Under the pieces are notes generated by a model. It worked only from the letters and a program-made list of their open reading frames with translations, was not told the DNA's origin and ran no database searches. A stretch of DNA of 64,000 nt, taken from Geosiphon pyriformis uo1 (Eukaryota; Fungi; Glomeromycota). Within the stretch, counting starts at the first letter, position 1, and each line of letters begins with the position of its first letter. The stretch lies in NCBI GenBank assembly GCA_016748015.1, contig JAAOMT010000664.1, forward strand, positions 1,912,576-1,976,575, in the 5' to 3' direction. Shown here in pieces: positions 13,701 to 27,376 of this stretch. Position numbers and translations under genes: made by a program.

Positions 13701-16422
13701 ACTTCTTCCCATTCATATAGTTTAGAGATCATAAAAACCCAAGCTTCTTTCCAAGGTCCAGGAACTGATTCACTAATTAAATACAGTGTTACCAGACAAA
13801 ATTAGAGATATTGTTTAGCATGAAATTACCCTTATAAATCTTATCATTAATTAGCATATATTATTGTTTCAAATTATTACTTATTACATTAGCAAAATGT
13901 CCAAAATTATCATTTAATTAATAATTCAATTTGTACATAACACAAATATAACCTAAGTGCAATGATCAATCATGTAATACCCCAAAATATGTAACATTTA
14001 AAAGTTTACTGAAATTTGTAGAAATTTGCCGAAATAATTGATAGTTTACTGAAATATCTAATAGTTTGCAAAAATAACTTGTAGTTTGCCAAAATGTATC
14101 TTTAGTTTAGCGAAATTGTAAAAAAGAGCAAAGTTCAAGTTCATAGAATAGTATTACAACAAGTTGTATAAAAGAAAAGCTTTTCTCTTCGAGAAAATGT
14201 ATCTTACTTCAGATTTAATAATTAGAATCATCCTTTACATACAAAAACAAAATAAATATCAAATAATTCGAAAAAGCCAAATTCTTAAATTATTTCCCTT
14301 GAAATTAACCAATTCCTACTAACAGTTTGAAATTGATTAGCTACCAATTTCAGTAGACTGTTAAAGCACTTCTAGGCCTGGATCCAAAACAACTTCCATA
14401 AATCATCAGTTTTACTTTTTCTTTTATATTTCTTTTATTTTCTTTCTTTTCTTATTATAAATCATTTGGGTATCTTACAGACAAGAATTCCTGTAGAGGA
14501 GTTGACTTTCACAGCAAAGTAACTACACATTTTTAGTGAGCTTTCAGACAAGCAATTCCTAGGAAAGAGTTGACATTTACTATAATATAATTATACAAAG
14601 TAACTGGCACGGAATTGGCCATTCCACTTATAAGCCCATCAGTTCAAATTATAGGAGATAATTTGAAGATAAATTCAGTTATCAGAGATTCAAACACTTC
14701 TCATAATCGTGAATTAACAGCATTACAACAAACATACAAGAGCTAAGAAGAAACCAAAAACCTCTAATAACAACAGGTTCAAAAGCATCAGAAACATATC
14801 CAAAACTGATTTGTCACAACACTTCCACAATTCATTAGAGATACCAGAGAGACCAGCTGCCTTCCCATCAGGAAAATCCTTGACAACTGCCAACATTTCA
14901 TCAAAACTAATTGGACATATGACACCAGAAAAAGCACCATCAAAAACATACTCTAGAGGCCAATATTGGTGAGCCTAATCTTTGGAGATATTAGAAACCA
15001 CCCTACATTTCCTGGTCCATCCCTTTATGATATTGTCCACCTTCAATTTGACAGAGTCAGGCTCCAAAATCAACTCATTTTTCATAACCAGATGATCCAA
15101 GACCACCTTGCGAAAGGGACACTCCAAAACATTCCTAATGATGTGACCCTTGTCCAGTTCAAAACTTTTTATCCTCTTACTAATAGCCTGTTTGATCGAA
15201 GATTTCTCAGCACGTTTGAATTCCAACAACTTAGAAGCATAGTACAACTTCCTTGCTTTGGCCAGCACAGAATGAATAAGATTGAAACCAGAACCTAAAA
15301 GAAACAGAAACCTCACCACCGATACACCAGGAGAATCAAGCCTGTGCCACATCTTCAACAAAGCAACAAACTCTTCACTAGAAACCAAACATGAAGCCTT
15401 GACCAACTTTAAAACCAGCAATTCTAGCTTATGGAACCTAGAAGACACCTTGGTGAAAATGTCATCAAAACCCTTGAACCACTTTTTTTTAAATGTACTA
15501 TCCGCAAAAAGAATCATGATCTTGTGAACAATGTCTCACATAGCATCCATATCAGAAAATTTCACAGCAGCACCAAATACATCTGAAAACATAAAGGCAT
15601 TAACAGCCAAAGTGTCCTTGAACTCCAACCACTTAGCTCTATTGGCATTCTTGATGTCAAATTTCCAATGATCCCTGGTGATCTGTTTGCGCAACAAAGA
15701 AAACTGCACATCTAACAATCTACCTATATCCACAGATACAGAACAGCCCTATGATCAGTATCAAAAAAGTCATTAACACTAGTCACACTGTGATCCACAA
15801 CTGCATTAATCAAATTAGAGGAAACAAAAACATAGTCAATCATTTTGGCGGCACCACAAAAATTGCACCAAGTTGGAAATTTCACAAACAAACTCCCACC
15901 CAAAGAGTTGACTAAACCCAAATCAAAACACTTTTTGAAACTGGCACATTTATGAGAACCATCCTCATTGAAATCACTATCAAGAATGATAAAGGAAGAT
16001 TCATTCACCATTTTAGCAATGAAGGAGTTGATATCACCAGCCTGAGAGAAACAAACCACCGAGGAAGCGCCAGCATACAGCCCCAAAATCGACACAGAAA
16101 GCTTGTTCTTAAAAAGCAGCCTCACTGACAAGAGCTGACCAGGCACCTCTGAAACCTTGCACACATGTTTTGCTAATGAAAAGTTCAAAATAATAGCAAC
16201 ACCAGATTCCATGTGACCAGAATCCAAACCAGAAGTAAAAACATGAATACCATTAAATCTATCAGCAATCCAAGGGTGAATCTTTCCCTGCAACTTTGTT
16301 TCAATGACAATAGAGACCAGATTGTTCATATCCTTATGTCAACAAACAATGTCCACCTGCTTTGCACAATTGTTCATATCTCTGACATTGTATGTTGCAA
16401 TCTTCCAAATTAAATGAGTTAT
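10745..16422 (-). pseudogene. LINE-1 ORF2: APE endonuclease, RT, RNase H, C-terminal zinc finger; stops and frameshifts
   Basis: APE: WKIATYNVR, ETKL, SDFNE, IDYVFVS, TDH. RT: IALIETVCKILSKIL, QGEVFS, AFVDDT, YLGIF. RNase H: YMDRS(L), ELQAI, DSQAA, WVKVKGHSGVLGNEHAD. Zinc finger: CLFC..DHVFLC. Confidence 0.92.
13787..14772 (+). mobile_element. Solo LTR, family A (986 bp), inside LINE-1 RT; TSD ACAG
   Basis: TGTTA...TAACA termini; ACAG at 13783-86 and 14773-76. Removing it restores LLNLYLISESVPGPWKEAW. TATA-like TATAAAAG at ~14167; ~20-bp AGTTTRCYRAAAT repeats at 14003-14118. Confidence 0.93.
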
Positions 16423-18329
16423 TGAGAAACCATAGGAGCTGACAAACCCAAACCAGAGCACAAAAAATTCAACTTATTCAAAACTGAACCAACTGAAGCT
16501 TCCAAAGCGACCAATTTTGTCTCCAAACTGCCCACCTTGGCAGTAAGAACCTTGGAACTACTAGCGCTGAAATTGACAACAGCATTATCAGTAACAGGGG
16601 AGGTAATATCAGGAAAACCCAAAGTATTGTCCACAATCATATCTGAATCTACCTCAGAACCCAAAGCTGCAAAAGCAACAAAAAAAGAGGCCAGGAAAGA
16701 AGGAACCATACCAAAAGAATTCAACCTAACCAGAATGCCAGAAACACAGTCAGCCAAAAACTCCAAAAAGTGCTCCAAAACTGCCAAACAATCACCCAAA
16801 TGGGAAACAACAGGAAGATCAGAGACAGCTGAAGGAGGAACCAAACCAGAATGCAAACCAGAACCAGAAGAACCAGAAGGAAATGCACAGAAGGGAGTGC
16901 CACTAACAACTTAAGCCCATGTCTTGCCACCAAATGAAACCAGATAGACAATAAAAGCCGATTTCTTCTTATATATACCACTCAGACAAACCCAATTATG
17001 ATCAAAAACCACCTTCTTCTCACATACACCAGAACTTTCACCCACAGAACAGTTGACAGTGATATGACCAAATTGTTTACACTTGGCACAACTAGCCAAA
17101 ACAAGACTAGTCCAATGCAAACTAATACTCTTGAAAATTGAAATAGTACAAACAGCAGCCAATCTGGCAGCTTTATTTTCAAAACAAATGATTGCACACT
17201 GATTGCGGATATATGAACTGGAATTGCGGCCAATGAAACAAGTCTTCCCACCATACGACATCAACAAATCAGACAAATCATGAGCAGAAGTACCCACAGG
17301 CAAAGTATAAAGCATAGCCTGATGTCGATCCCTAGATACCCATGTTTGTTTATTACTAACAGCCAGTGCTATGCGAACTGAATCCTTTTCTACAAGAACA
17401 GACCACTTAGAAGTGACCAAACTGGCAACTTCTAATGACTCAAATTCAATCCAGGTCTTTTGCCAAAGACCAATCAATTGCATCTTAATGGAAATGATCT
17501 TGCCAAATTTAGAAAAAACTGATTCCACAGCCATCTTTGGAAGATCCACTAGGATTTTCTTAATGACCACTTTCTGATTTGAACAAACATTTGCTTTTTT
17601 GAGATCACTATTGACAACAATTTTCTCACAAACTGCCATTTTTCTGGCCTTAATCAAACTAGACTCACTTGTGAAAGTTGAACAAACAACACCAGGAAAT
17701 TTTGAAGGAGTTGAAGCTCCCCCAAAACCATCGATTTTGTAAAAAAAATTTTTGATTGAAATGAGCTTATCACTATTAGTATTTCCAGAAACAGCAAACA
17801 ATTCCACATCCAAAGTGAATAATTTTACTGGCTCAAAGCTTCACTTTTCCATAACATGTGACTTGACAAATGGCATCTGATTGGAGCCATTAAAAATTTT
17901 TGAAGATAGAAGACTTAGTGTATTCTTATTATTACTCATGGAGTCAAATATTAGAGCTTTTGGAGGTTTGCCTAGCACGTAAGTATGGGTCCAGGTTTTT
18001 CTTAGCATAGCCTCATTTATTTCATCATCTTCACCAGATTCTGCATAGCTTGTTTCTTTGGCAATAGTGTTCACCATATTCTCTACATCTAACACCCCAC
18101 TCATGCTTGACTTGTCATTTTCAACTTCACTTCCCCAAAATACCTTATATTTTTCATCACTTAATGAATTCACAACTCTATCAACAACTTCAAGTTTCCT
18201 AGGTTTCTTATACAATGGACTATGAGAGTAGACACTTTCAACTTGTGCCTTTTTTTTGGTGCCAGATTGGATCCCCAACCCAGTCAATCCAGAACTAAAA
18301 CCACCAGCAGACAAACTTGCCAGTTCTAT
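16419..18329 (-). pseudogene. LINE-1 ORF1 (RRM-like region, CCHC knuckle, coiled coil), disrupted
   Basis: Start ATA (ancestral ATG) ELASLSAGG; RRM-like VESVFSKFGKIISIKMQLIGLWQKTWIEFES; knuckle CAKCKQFGHITVNC; C-terminal LTAKVGSLETKLVALEASV. Split over track ORFs 17841-18314, 16911-17813 and 16419-16856. Confidence 0.85.
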
Positions 18330-20094
18330 GGCAACAAAAAGGAGTGTATTAAGAGAAATAACTGAAGTAAAAAAGGGAAAAGGGAAAAAGAAAAGCTATT
18401 CTATCAGCAAAAACTATGCTCTCGTCATGGGCAGAGGATCGACAAGAGAAAAAAGTTTTTGGGTTTTTTAGTGTTTTTTATTAATTACAAAATTAATTTT
18501 GTTAAAAAAAATTTTAAAATTTTTAGCTTTTTTGAAATTATATTAATATTTAAAACTGAATTTATTATTATTATTAAGTTAAAAGCTAGTTTTTTTTACC
18601 AAGTTTTTTTTTTATGTTTATATTATCTAATTTTATAATGTTTTTAGTATTTGAATTAATTATTTTATTAACTAAAAAAGTATTTTGTAATAAAACAACA
18701 TTAATATTAATATTTAATTTTTTAAAATTCTGTTTTTACACTTTTTTTTGGTAATTAAGTCGATAATAATTGAACTAACACCAGATTTTTTTTGTTTTCT
18801 TTTATAATTAAGTTAATAATTCTAATAACAGTTTTATATTTAAAAAAAAAAGTATAAAAATATCTAATTAAAAATAGTAAAATAAAACAAAAAACAGAAA
18901 AACTTTTTTTAAAATATTATTTTTTTAATAAATTTAGAATAAGTAAAAGAAAAAAGTTTTTTATATTATAATAATATATTATTATATTTTAATTAATATT
19001 TACTAAATTTTAAAAAGTTAAATATACAATATTTTAAAAATATTAATAAGAATTTTTTAATAATTATTTTTTAATTTATATACAAATTTGATTTAAGCCA
19101 ATTTAAATATAAATATAAATTAAATAATTTTTTAAAATTTTAAAAAATCAACTTAATAAAAATATTATTATTTTTAATATTATAAAATTTAGATTGTTTA
19201 ATTGGTTTTTTAACAAAAAATTTAATCTGAGTTTTTTGTAAAATTATATTATTTATAATAATGCTGGTTTTTTTAAATATTTTAAATATTTTTTATATTC
19301 AATTTTTTTTGAAATTTTTATAAAAACTATTTATTTTACTGTTTTAAAATACAGACTTCTTAAAAAACATTAAATTTACTAATTTTTATGATTAAATTAT
19401 TAATAAATATTTAAAATACAAATATATTAACTTTAAATTTTTTGGTTTTTTTATTAAATTTGTCAAATTCATAATTTATTATATATTTTTTAATATTAAA
19501 ATAGATTTTTTTTCATTTTTTTATTTAATTATGCTAGTAATAATTGTGTTAACTTTTTAAACAAAAGTGTAATAAAAAAATAACTCAAAAAAAACATAAA
19601 ATATTTTTATTTTGTGTAATTTATATATTTTAATTTTTATAATGTGTTAATTATTGAATTAAATATATACATATTTTATTGTTAAAACAAATACAATTTA
19701 ATCATATATTAATATTAAAAAAATAATTATTGTTTTTTTATATGTTTAATCTTTTTAATTTATTCAATGATGCAAAAAAAAAAATTAATTGATATATATT
19801 TTTTTTGCTTTGACAAAGTAAGGTCTTTTTTACTGACATTATTTATTCAAAAAAATAATTCTTAATTAAGTATGCTTATATAACATATAATTCATTCTAT
19901 GCTTGTAACTAATTATATTTACATAATTCTAAAATTAAAATTAAATTGATGGGCTAACTACGATTACCATTAAAGTTTTTATTGCTAAATAAAGTTAGTA
20001 GCTGTGATTATTTAAAAAATTTCTCGATTCATATCAGGAAAGGTTTCCACGTTGAAGTTGTAGAGGCAATTACAAATCACAATCACCAGTTTGA

Positions 20095-21439
<1,345 letters not shown>

Positions 21440-24400
21440 TGATGAGACGGTTGAAGAGTTAATTTTAATTTAATTTTATTTGTTCGTTTTTAAAAAGAGC
21501 CCAACTTGTAGAATTGTACATTATGTTTTGACTATCAGATTTTATCAATTCCCATATAATGAAATACAAGAAATCTGAACTTTTAAAACTTTATTTTTTA
21601 AACTTAGCCTATTTTATTATATAATTTTTTTTATTAAACAACTAATCAATAAATATTATATCTAATTATTAAAGTTGCTTTTATATATATAAAAATTAAC
21701 AATTTTATATTAACAATCAAATAAAAATTTTTTTTTTAAGAATATTTATTTTTATATACTTAAGTAACATATTATATTTTGTTAAAATGTTTATAATTAT
21801 TATTAATTTAAATAACAGATTATTAAACAGCTATTTATTTACAATAAAGTTTTGTACTTAAACAATAATTTAACCAATTTACAATTATTTAAAAACTTAT
21901 TAATAATAAACAATTTGCTTTTAATCTGTATTTAATTAAAAGTTTTTAAATTAAAAAATAAAAAATAAAAAACTCTTTCTTTTATTTATTTTAAAAATTC
22001 CAAAAAAAAAATTTTCAAGTTTTTTTAATTTTTTTTTGTATTTATATATTATTAAATTAACTTTTTTAAAAAACTGGTATTTTAAATAATTCCGTTAAAA
22101 ATATGGCCAAATAAAATTTAAAAATATTATAATATTAAAAATTTTTTTTTAAATATTAATTTGTTATTTATAAAAAAAGTTTTTAAAAAAATTATAAATA
22201 ATAAAAAAATTGTTTGTATTAATAATTAGTTTTAAAAAATTTTTAAATTAATATTTATTTTTAAATTAAATTTAATTTAAAATATATTTTGGCTAAAAAA
22301 AATTACATAATTTTAAATATTAATTTAAAATATATAAGTACTATTATAAAAGTATTTTCTTAATATAATTAATTTTTTATGAATTTTTTAATTTTTTTAA
22401 TTTGCATTTTATTGAGTAAAGTCTAATTACTATTGAATATATAAAACCAGACTAAGTAACTCAAATTAAATACAATTTATGTACTTACTATATGTAGCTA
22501 GCCATTTAAGCCAGATAAGACAACATTATATACTTATATAAACACATATATTACTATTCAAACCAGAAAAAAAAGATAATTTGCATTTATTAAAACTAAT
22601 TACAAAAGACTTAATAATACTAAGCAACTAAATTATTTCATTTAATAGCATAAACATTATATTATAAGACAATTTTAATATTAAACCACTATTTTTAATT
22701 AATCCAGTCTTTTTCATATCTACTCTATATTTAGATTTTATCAGCCATACTTTAATATGATATAATTTTACCAAATATTTTACATATTCAATAATAGTAA
22801 AAACAGTTTCTTTTTTTTTATCAAAAATTCTAAGTCCATATACCAATGTTTTAACATAAATCTCTTACAAATTAATATATACAGATTTATATCTGAAGAA
22901 TATCCAGAAAGTATATACAAAATAGCAAAGAAAAATAAATTACAAATACCTGTCAATATAACTTATTATGCAAATACTTCAGCCAAAATTTTTTTATAAA
23001 CACTAAAATTTCAGACACAAATAAAGACATGATCAAATAATTTTATTTTATTACATAGCAAATACAATATATCAGAATAATTTTTATCATACAATCTTTT
23101 CCTAACTACTACTGATATCTATTTATGTATAACTTTTATCAAGTACATATACAGATTGACAGATTTTTTACTAATAAACCCAAAAAGCATATGCAAATTA
23201 GGATGCCAAATCTGTACTATAGCCATTCAATTTACTTTTTTAATCAGTACATTTGGAATTATATTATAACTAAGGCCAGTTTTTTATCAAATGTGATAAA
23301 CAGACCTAAATAAATCCTAAACAAAATAACAAGTATTGCCAAACACAGCTGTGTTTTTAGCCATCAAAAAATGTTTATGCATTCTTTTTGACAAAGAAAA
23401 GAAAGAATAAACAGTTTTATCCATAATTACATTAGTATTTATATTGCCAAAAATCTTTGAATGATTTTTAATCTTTACCCAATTTACAGTAATATTTTTA
23501 TTCTAATCAGATTAACAATATGTCTTTTTTCTATTCAGCATTGATTATAAAAATCTGGCACAGCTAATATCACCTTAAATACATATGAATTAATAACAGT
23601 TTGACTGTTTAAATACAAAATAACTGCACAAAAAAATGGAACACACTTTAAAAACAAAGCAACAGTCTGTAATTTAGCCATAATAAAAAACAGAAGTTCA
23701 TGTATTCAAACACTAATATTTATATTTACAACTGGAAAGTAAGCAATAGTTTTATTAGCAATATTAGCAAAACCAGCATTTTTTAAAGACTTATTTGTAT
23801 AAACTTTTATTGAACCAAACCAAATTTTATGCAAATAATTTTATATATTAGAAAACTTTTTTGATTCTAAAATATTCAAGCCAAATAACCAAACTGTTTT
23901 GGCTGAATTAACCAACAAAAAACTTTTATCATGCAAAAATTTTAATATAATCTTAAACCAATAAGGCACAGAATCTTTAAGATCTAATTTTTTCTATTAG
24001 TAAAAAGTTTTTAGTCCATTATATTGTCTTTTTTATCTAAAAGCCTATTAATAAATACAATTCCAAACTGCTTCAGAAAATAAATAGAATTAAAGTACAA
24101 GACTTTCTTTAAAATAACTAATATTGAAAACTTATTAGAACTATACAATACATTGAGCAAATTGTTTATTAAAGACAACTTACAGTCCAAAAAAATCTTT
24201 ATTACTTTGGCCAAAAAATTGTTTATTCAACTAATATATAACTTAATAGAGAACTGCAAAAAATTCAAAAGAGCTTAATTCAAAATCTACAAATTCAAGA
24301 ATTTGTAATTAAATAAATATTCAAGAATACTTAAAGTATTAAAAAAAGTGACTAATACAGCTAATTTTTTTTTAGACTGCACTTGCTCAAATAGTTTCAA

Positions 24401-25889
24401 ATTATACAAAAAAAAATGATACAAAGTCTTATTAAGAAAATTATGTGACAAACAGGCTTTAAACTTAAAGTCTTTTTTAATTATAACATTCTACTTATAA
24501 TATACACTAAATGAGACAAAACTAAATTAAGTTTTATAACTGACTATGGATTACAAAATAGCTAATACCAAATAAGAAAACTGCTTATCTGTAATAATTT
24601 TATTAAGTATCATATTAACAAAAAATCAAACATTAAAATAAATCTTGGCCAGACTTGACTTAAACAACCCTTTGGTAAACAAAAAAATTCTCAGATATTT
24701 GTAAGTTTTACTCTTCTTGGCCATTAAAATTAGTAGACTACTAATACTCAAAAAAGCAATCTTGATACTCTAGTTGATTGGAATAGTTATCATTTTCTTA
24801 TTATTAATAGAAATATTATTGATTGAAAAAAATTTATTAATAATATTTAGAGCATACTGCATAAAAAATTGACAATCTCCAATCCAAATTGTATTGTTTA
24901 TAAATGTGTTAGCAGCAAAAAAAGATAACATCTTATTATTATTCTTTATTCTGTTTGTTTTAACCACAAACTTAGTATTAATACAGTATTTATACAAATA
25001 CTTATGTCTCTTAATCTTACATAAGAGTAAATTATAGAAAATTCTTTAAAGAAAAAATAAAAAAACTTCTTTCTGATTCAATTTATCATGCACTCTATAG
25101 TCATTTGAGAGACCAAAATCAGTTATTACCCTATTGATTCTGTTCTTATATATACTGCCAAAAAACTTAATAAACTGTTCATATATCTTAATTTATTACA
25201 AGCTGGCTTTTAAGTAGTGTTATCTAACTGAATTATAAGTTTTGCATATGTTTTGCAAGACCAACCAGATTTTTTTATTTTTTTTTAGAATATCCTTAAT
25301 CACTAATTTAACAACAAATATAGAGAACCAAGTAAAAGTATTTTTTAAAACCAAAAAATTATTGCCATAAAGAACACCAAACTTGTTACATGTTGTTACT
25401 CATAGGAATTAAGAATATCATAGTTAGAGAAATAGCTAATCAAAAATAGACATAGTAACAGAGAAATTCCAGAATTCTTCTGAAAAAATTGCAGGATTCC
25501 AGAATTCCAGAATTGCAAGATTCCAAGAATTTTATATAATACCAATTATGTATATATAGCAGTAGTATTAGAAGTGAGAAAAGTATTCAAAATTTGGTTC
25601 AGTTTTAATTTAGTATCCCCTTTTTTATCTATTAATTAACTTTTACTTCATGAATAGTTATTATTACCTGAAGTAAATTTATTAATAAATATTAAATAAA
25701 CATACTTATTATTATCTAATTTATGTTATTATTATTTAATTGAGAATTTGAATTATTTTTTTAGTTATTAACACTTTATGTTAATAACATTCAATACTTA
25801 ACTACATTAAAATAATAGTTCTTAATTATGACTATTAATAGAATATTAATTTTTTCTTTCTTTTATTTCTTTTTTTTTTTTTTTTTTTT

Positions 25890-25978
<89 letters not shown>

Positions 25979-26106
25979 TTGCTTCATTAATTTACTAACA
26001 AATTAAAGAGATTAAGCACTAAGTAATTAACATTAAAAGGACTGGTAAAAGACCTAGGAATAAGGGTAAACACTCAGAATTTGAAAATAGCTTACCAAAA
26101 AACCGG

Positions 26107-27048
26107 TGTTACCAATAAAATTTTAGCCATTAATTAGCATAAAATTACTCTTCTAATTTCTAATATTAATTAATATATATTATTATTATTTTAATTATTA
26201 CTTATTAATTAATCAAATTATCAAATATTACTATTCAATTAATAACTTGATTTGTATTATAGAAATTAAGATGATCAAATTACACAATATCCTAATTTAT
26301 TTAATAGTTAAAATTCGCCAAAATTGATAGAAATTGGTCGAAATAATCAATAGTTTATAAAAATAATTTGTAGTTTGCCAAAATATATTTTTAGTTTACT
26401 AAAATTATAGCAAAAAAAAAAGTGCAAGTTTAAAGACTAATACTATAACAAGTTATATATAAAAAAAACTTCTTTTTTTAAGAAAATATATCTTATCTTC
26501 TATTAGAACAAATTATTTTTTACATATTCTTACAAAATCAAATAAAATCAAATATTTGAAAACCAAATTTTTAAATTATTATATTTGAAATTCACAAAAA
26601 CCCAACTAACATTTTGAAATTGATTAGCTACCAATTTCAATAATCTGTTAGTGACTTTAGGCCTGAATAGAAAACGTTTCTCTTAACAGAATTCTATTTT
26701 TTTTATATTTTTTATATTTTATATTTTTATTATTATAATTATTAGAGTAGTCTACAGACAAGATTTTTGTAGAAAAGTTATCTTTTATAGCAAAGTAATT
26801 AAATATTTTAGTGAGCTTTCAAATAAGCAATTCCTAAAAAAGAGTTGATATTTACTACAATATAATTATACAAAGTAACTGATATAAAATTGGCCATTCC
26901 ACTTATAAGTCCAGCAATTCAAATTATAAGAGATAATTTGAAGATAAAATTCAGTTATTAGAGATCCAACTACTTCCAAAAAACATAAATTCATATTCAA
27001 TAGACATTAACAACATTCAAAAAAAAAGACCAAAAACCTCCAGTAACA
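26107..27048 (+). mobile_element. Solo LTR, family A (942 bp), inside the 5' LTR of Gypsy B; TSD CCGG/CTAA
   Basis: TGTTACC...GTAACA termini; homologous to 13787-14772. The empty site is visible in the 3' LTR (taccaaaaaaCCAGccaccaagc, 36211-36233). Confidence 0.92.
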
Positions 27049-27312
27049 CTAACTACCAAGCTGAGAAAAAAATTGATGGAAAAATTTTCTGGGAGACTAC
27101 AAACATCAAAACACACCAACTTAAAAATTGAAAAAGAAACTAGAAATATTACTACAGGATATTACTATTGAATTTCTGTCTATTATACAAAAAACTCAAC
27201 CAAAACTTTTAGATTACCAAAATCTTTAGAGATTACCAATATAATTTAGCTATTGAGCACCAAGTTATGGGTTTGTTATTTATTCCAACCATCCAAATAA
27301 TTATTTGTAATA

Positions 27313-27330
27313 TTTGGTGCTTTCTGTGAG
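27313..27330 (+). promoter_or_regulatory. Primer-binding site TT-TGGTGCTTTCTGTGAG, shared by all Gypsy copies
   Basis: TGG begins 2 nt after the LTR end. Near-identical sites at 38895-38912, 55116-55133 (minus) and 60105-60122. Complementary to a tRNA 3' end ..AGAAAGCACCA; tRNA identity not resolved. Confidence 0.8.
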
Positions 27331-27376
27331 ATATAATCTAACAGAAAATTAGTACTAGCAATAATCATTTAAAACA

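Larger units (their letters stand above)
10604..18450 (-). mobile_element. LINE-1: near full-length non-LTR retrotransposon (ORF1 plus APE-RT-RNase H-Zn ORF2), inactivated, with an (AAT)n tail and a solo-LTR insertion
   Basis: See ORF features. ATT repeats at 10604-10629 form the 3' tail; GC content drops abruptly at ~18455. No TSD could be identified. Confidence 0.93.

Noticed and set aside
10691-18471. Plus-strand and alternate-frame ORFs over LINE-1 (e.g. 16537-16914, 14966-15298, 10921-11334, 12208-12615)
   Set aside because: Shadow frames of the LINE coding sequence with no independent motifs.
18455-19900. Possible MITEs or inverted repeats in the extremely AT-rich tracts (also 1160-2150, 9250-10600, 21600-22400)
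   Set aside because: Complexity is too low to distinguish real TIRs or homology from chance by eye; probably terminally decayed TE sequence.
25462-25530. Heat-shock elements in the LTR-B repeats
   Set aside because: TTCnnGAA dyads occur, but the period is 9 bp, so three correctly phased nGAAn units are not formed.
25870-25977. ~100-nt poly(T) run as a retroposed poly(A) tail
   Set aside because: It sits where the sister LTR has a T-rich tract (36025-36095); slippage or a homopolymer sequencing artefact is more likely.
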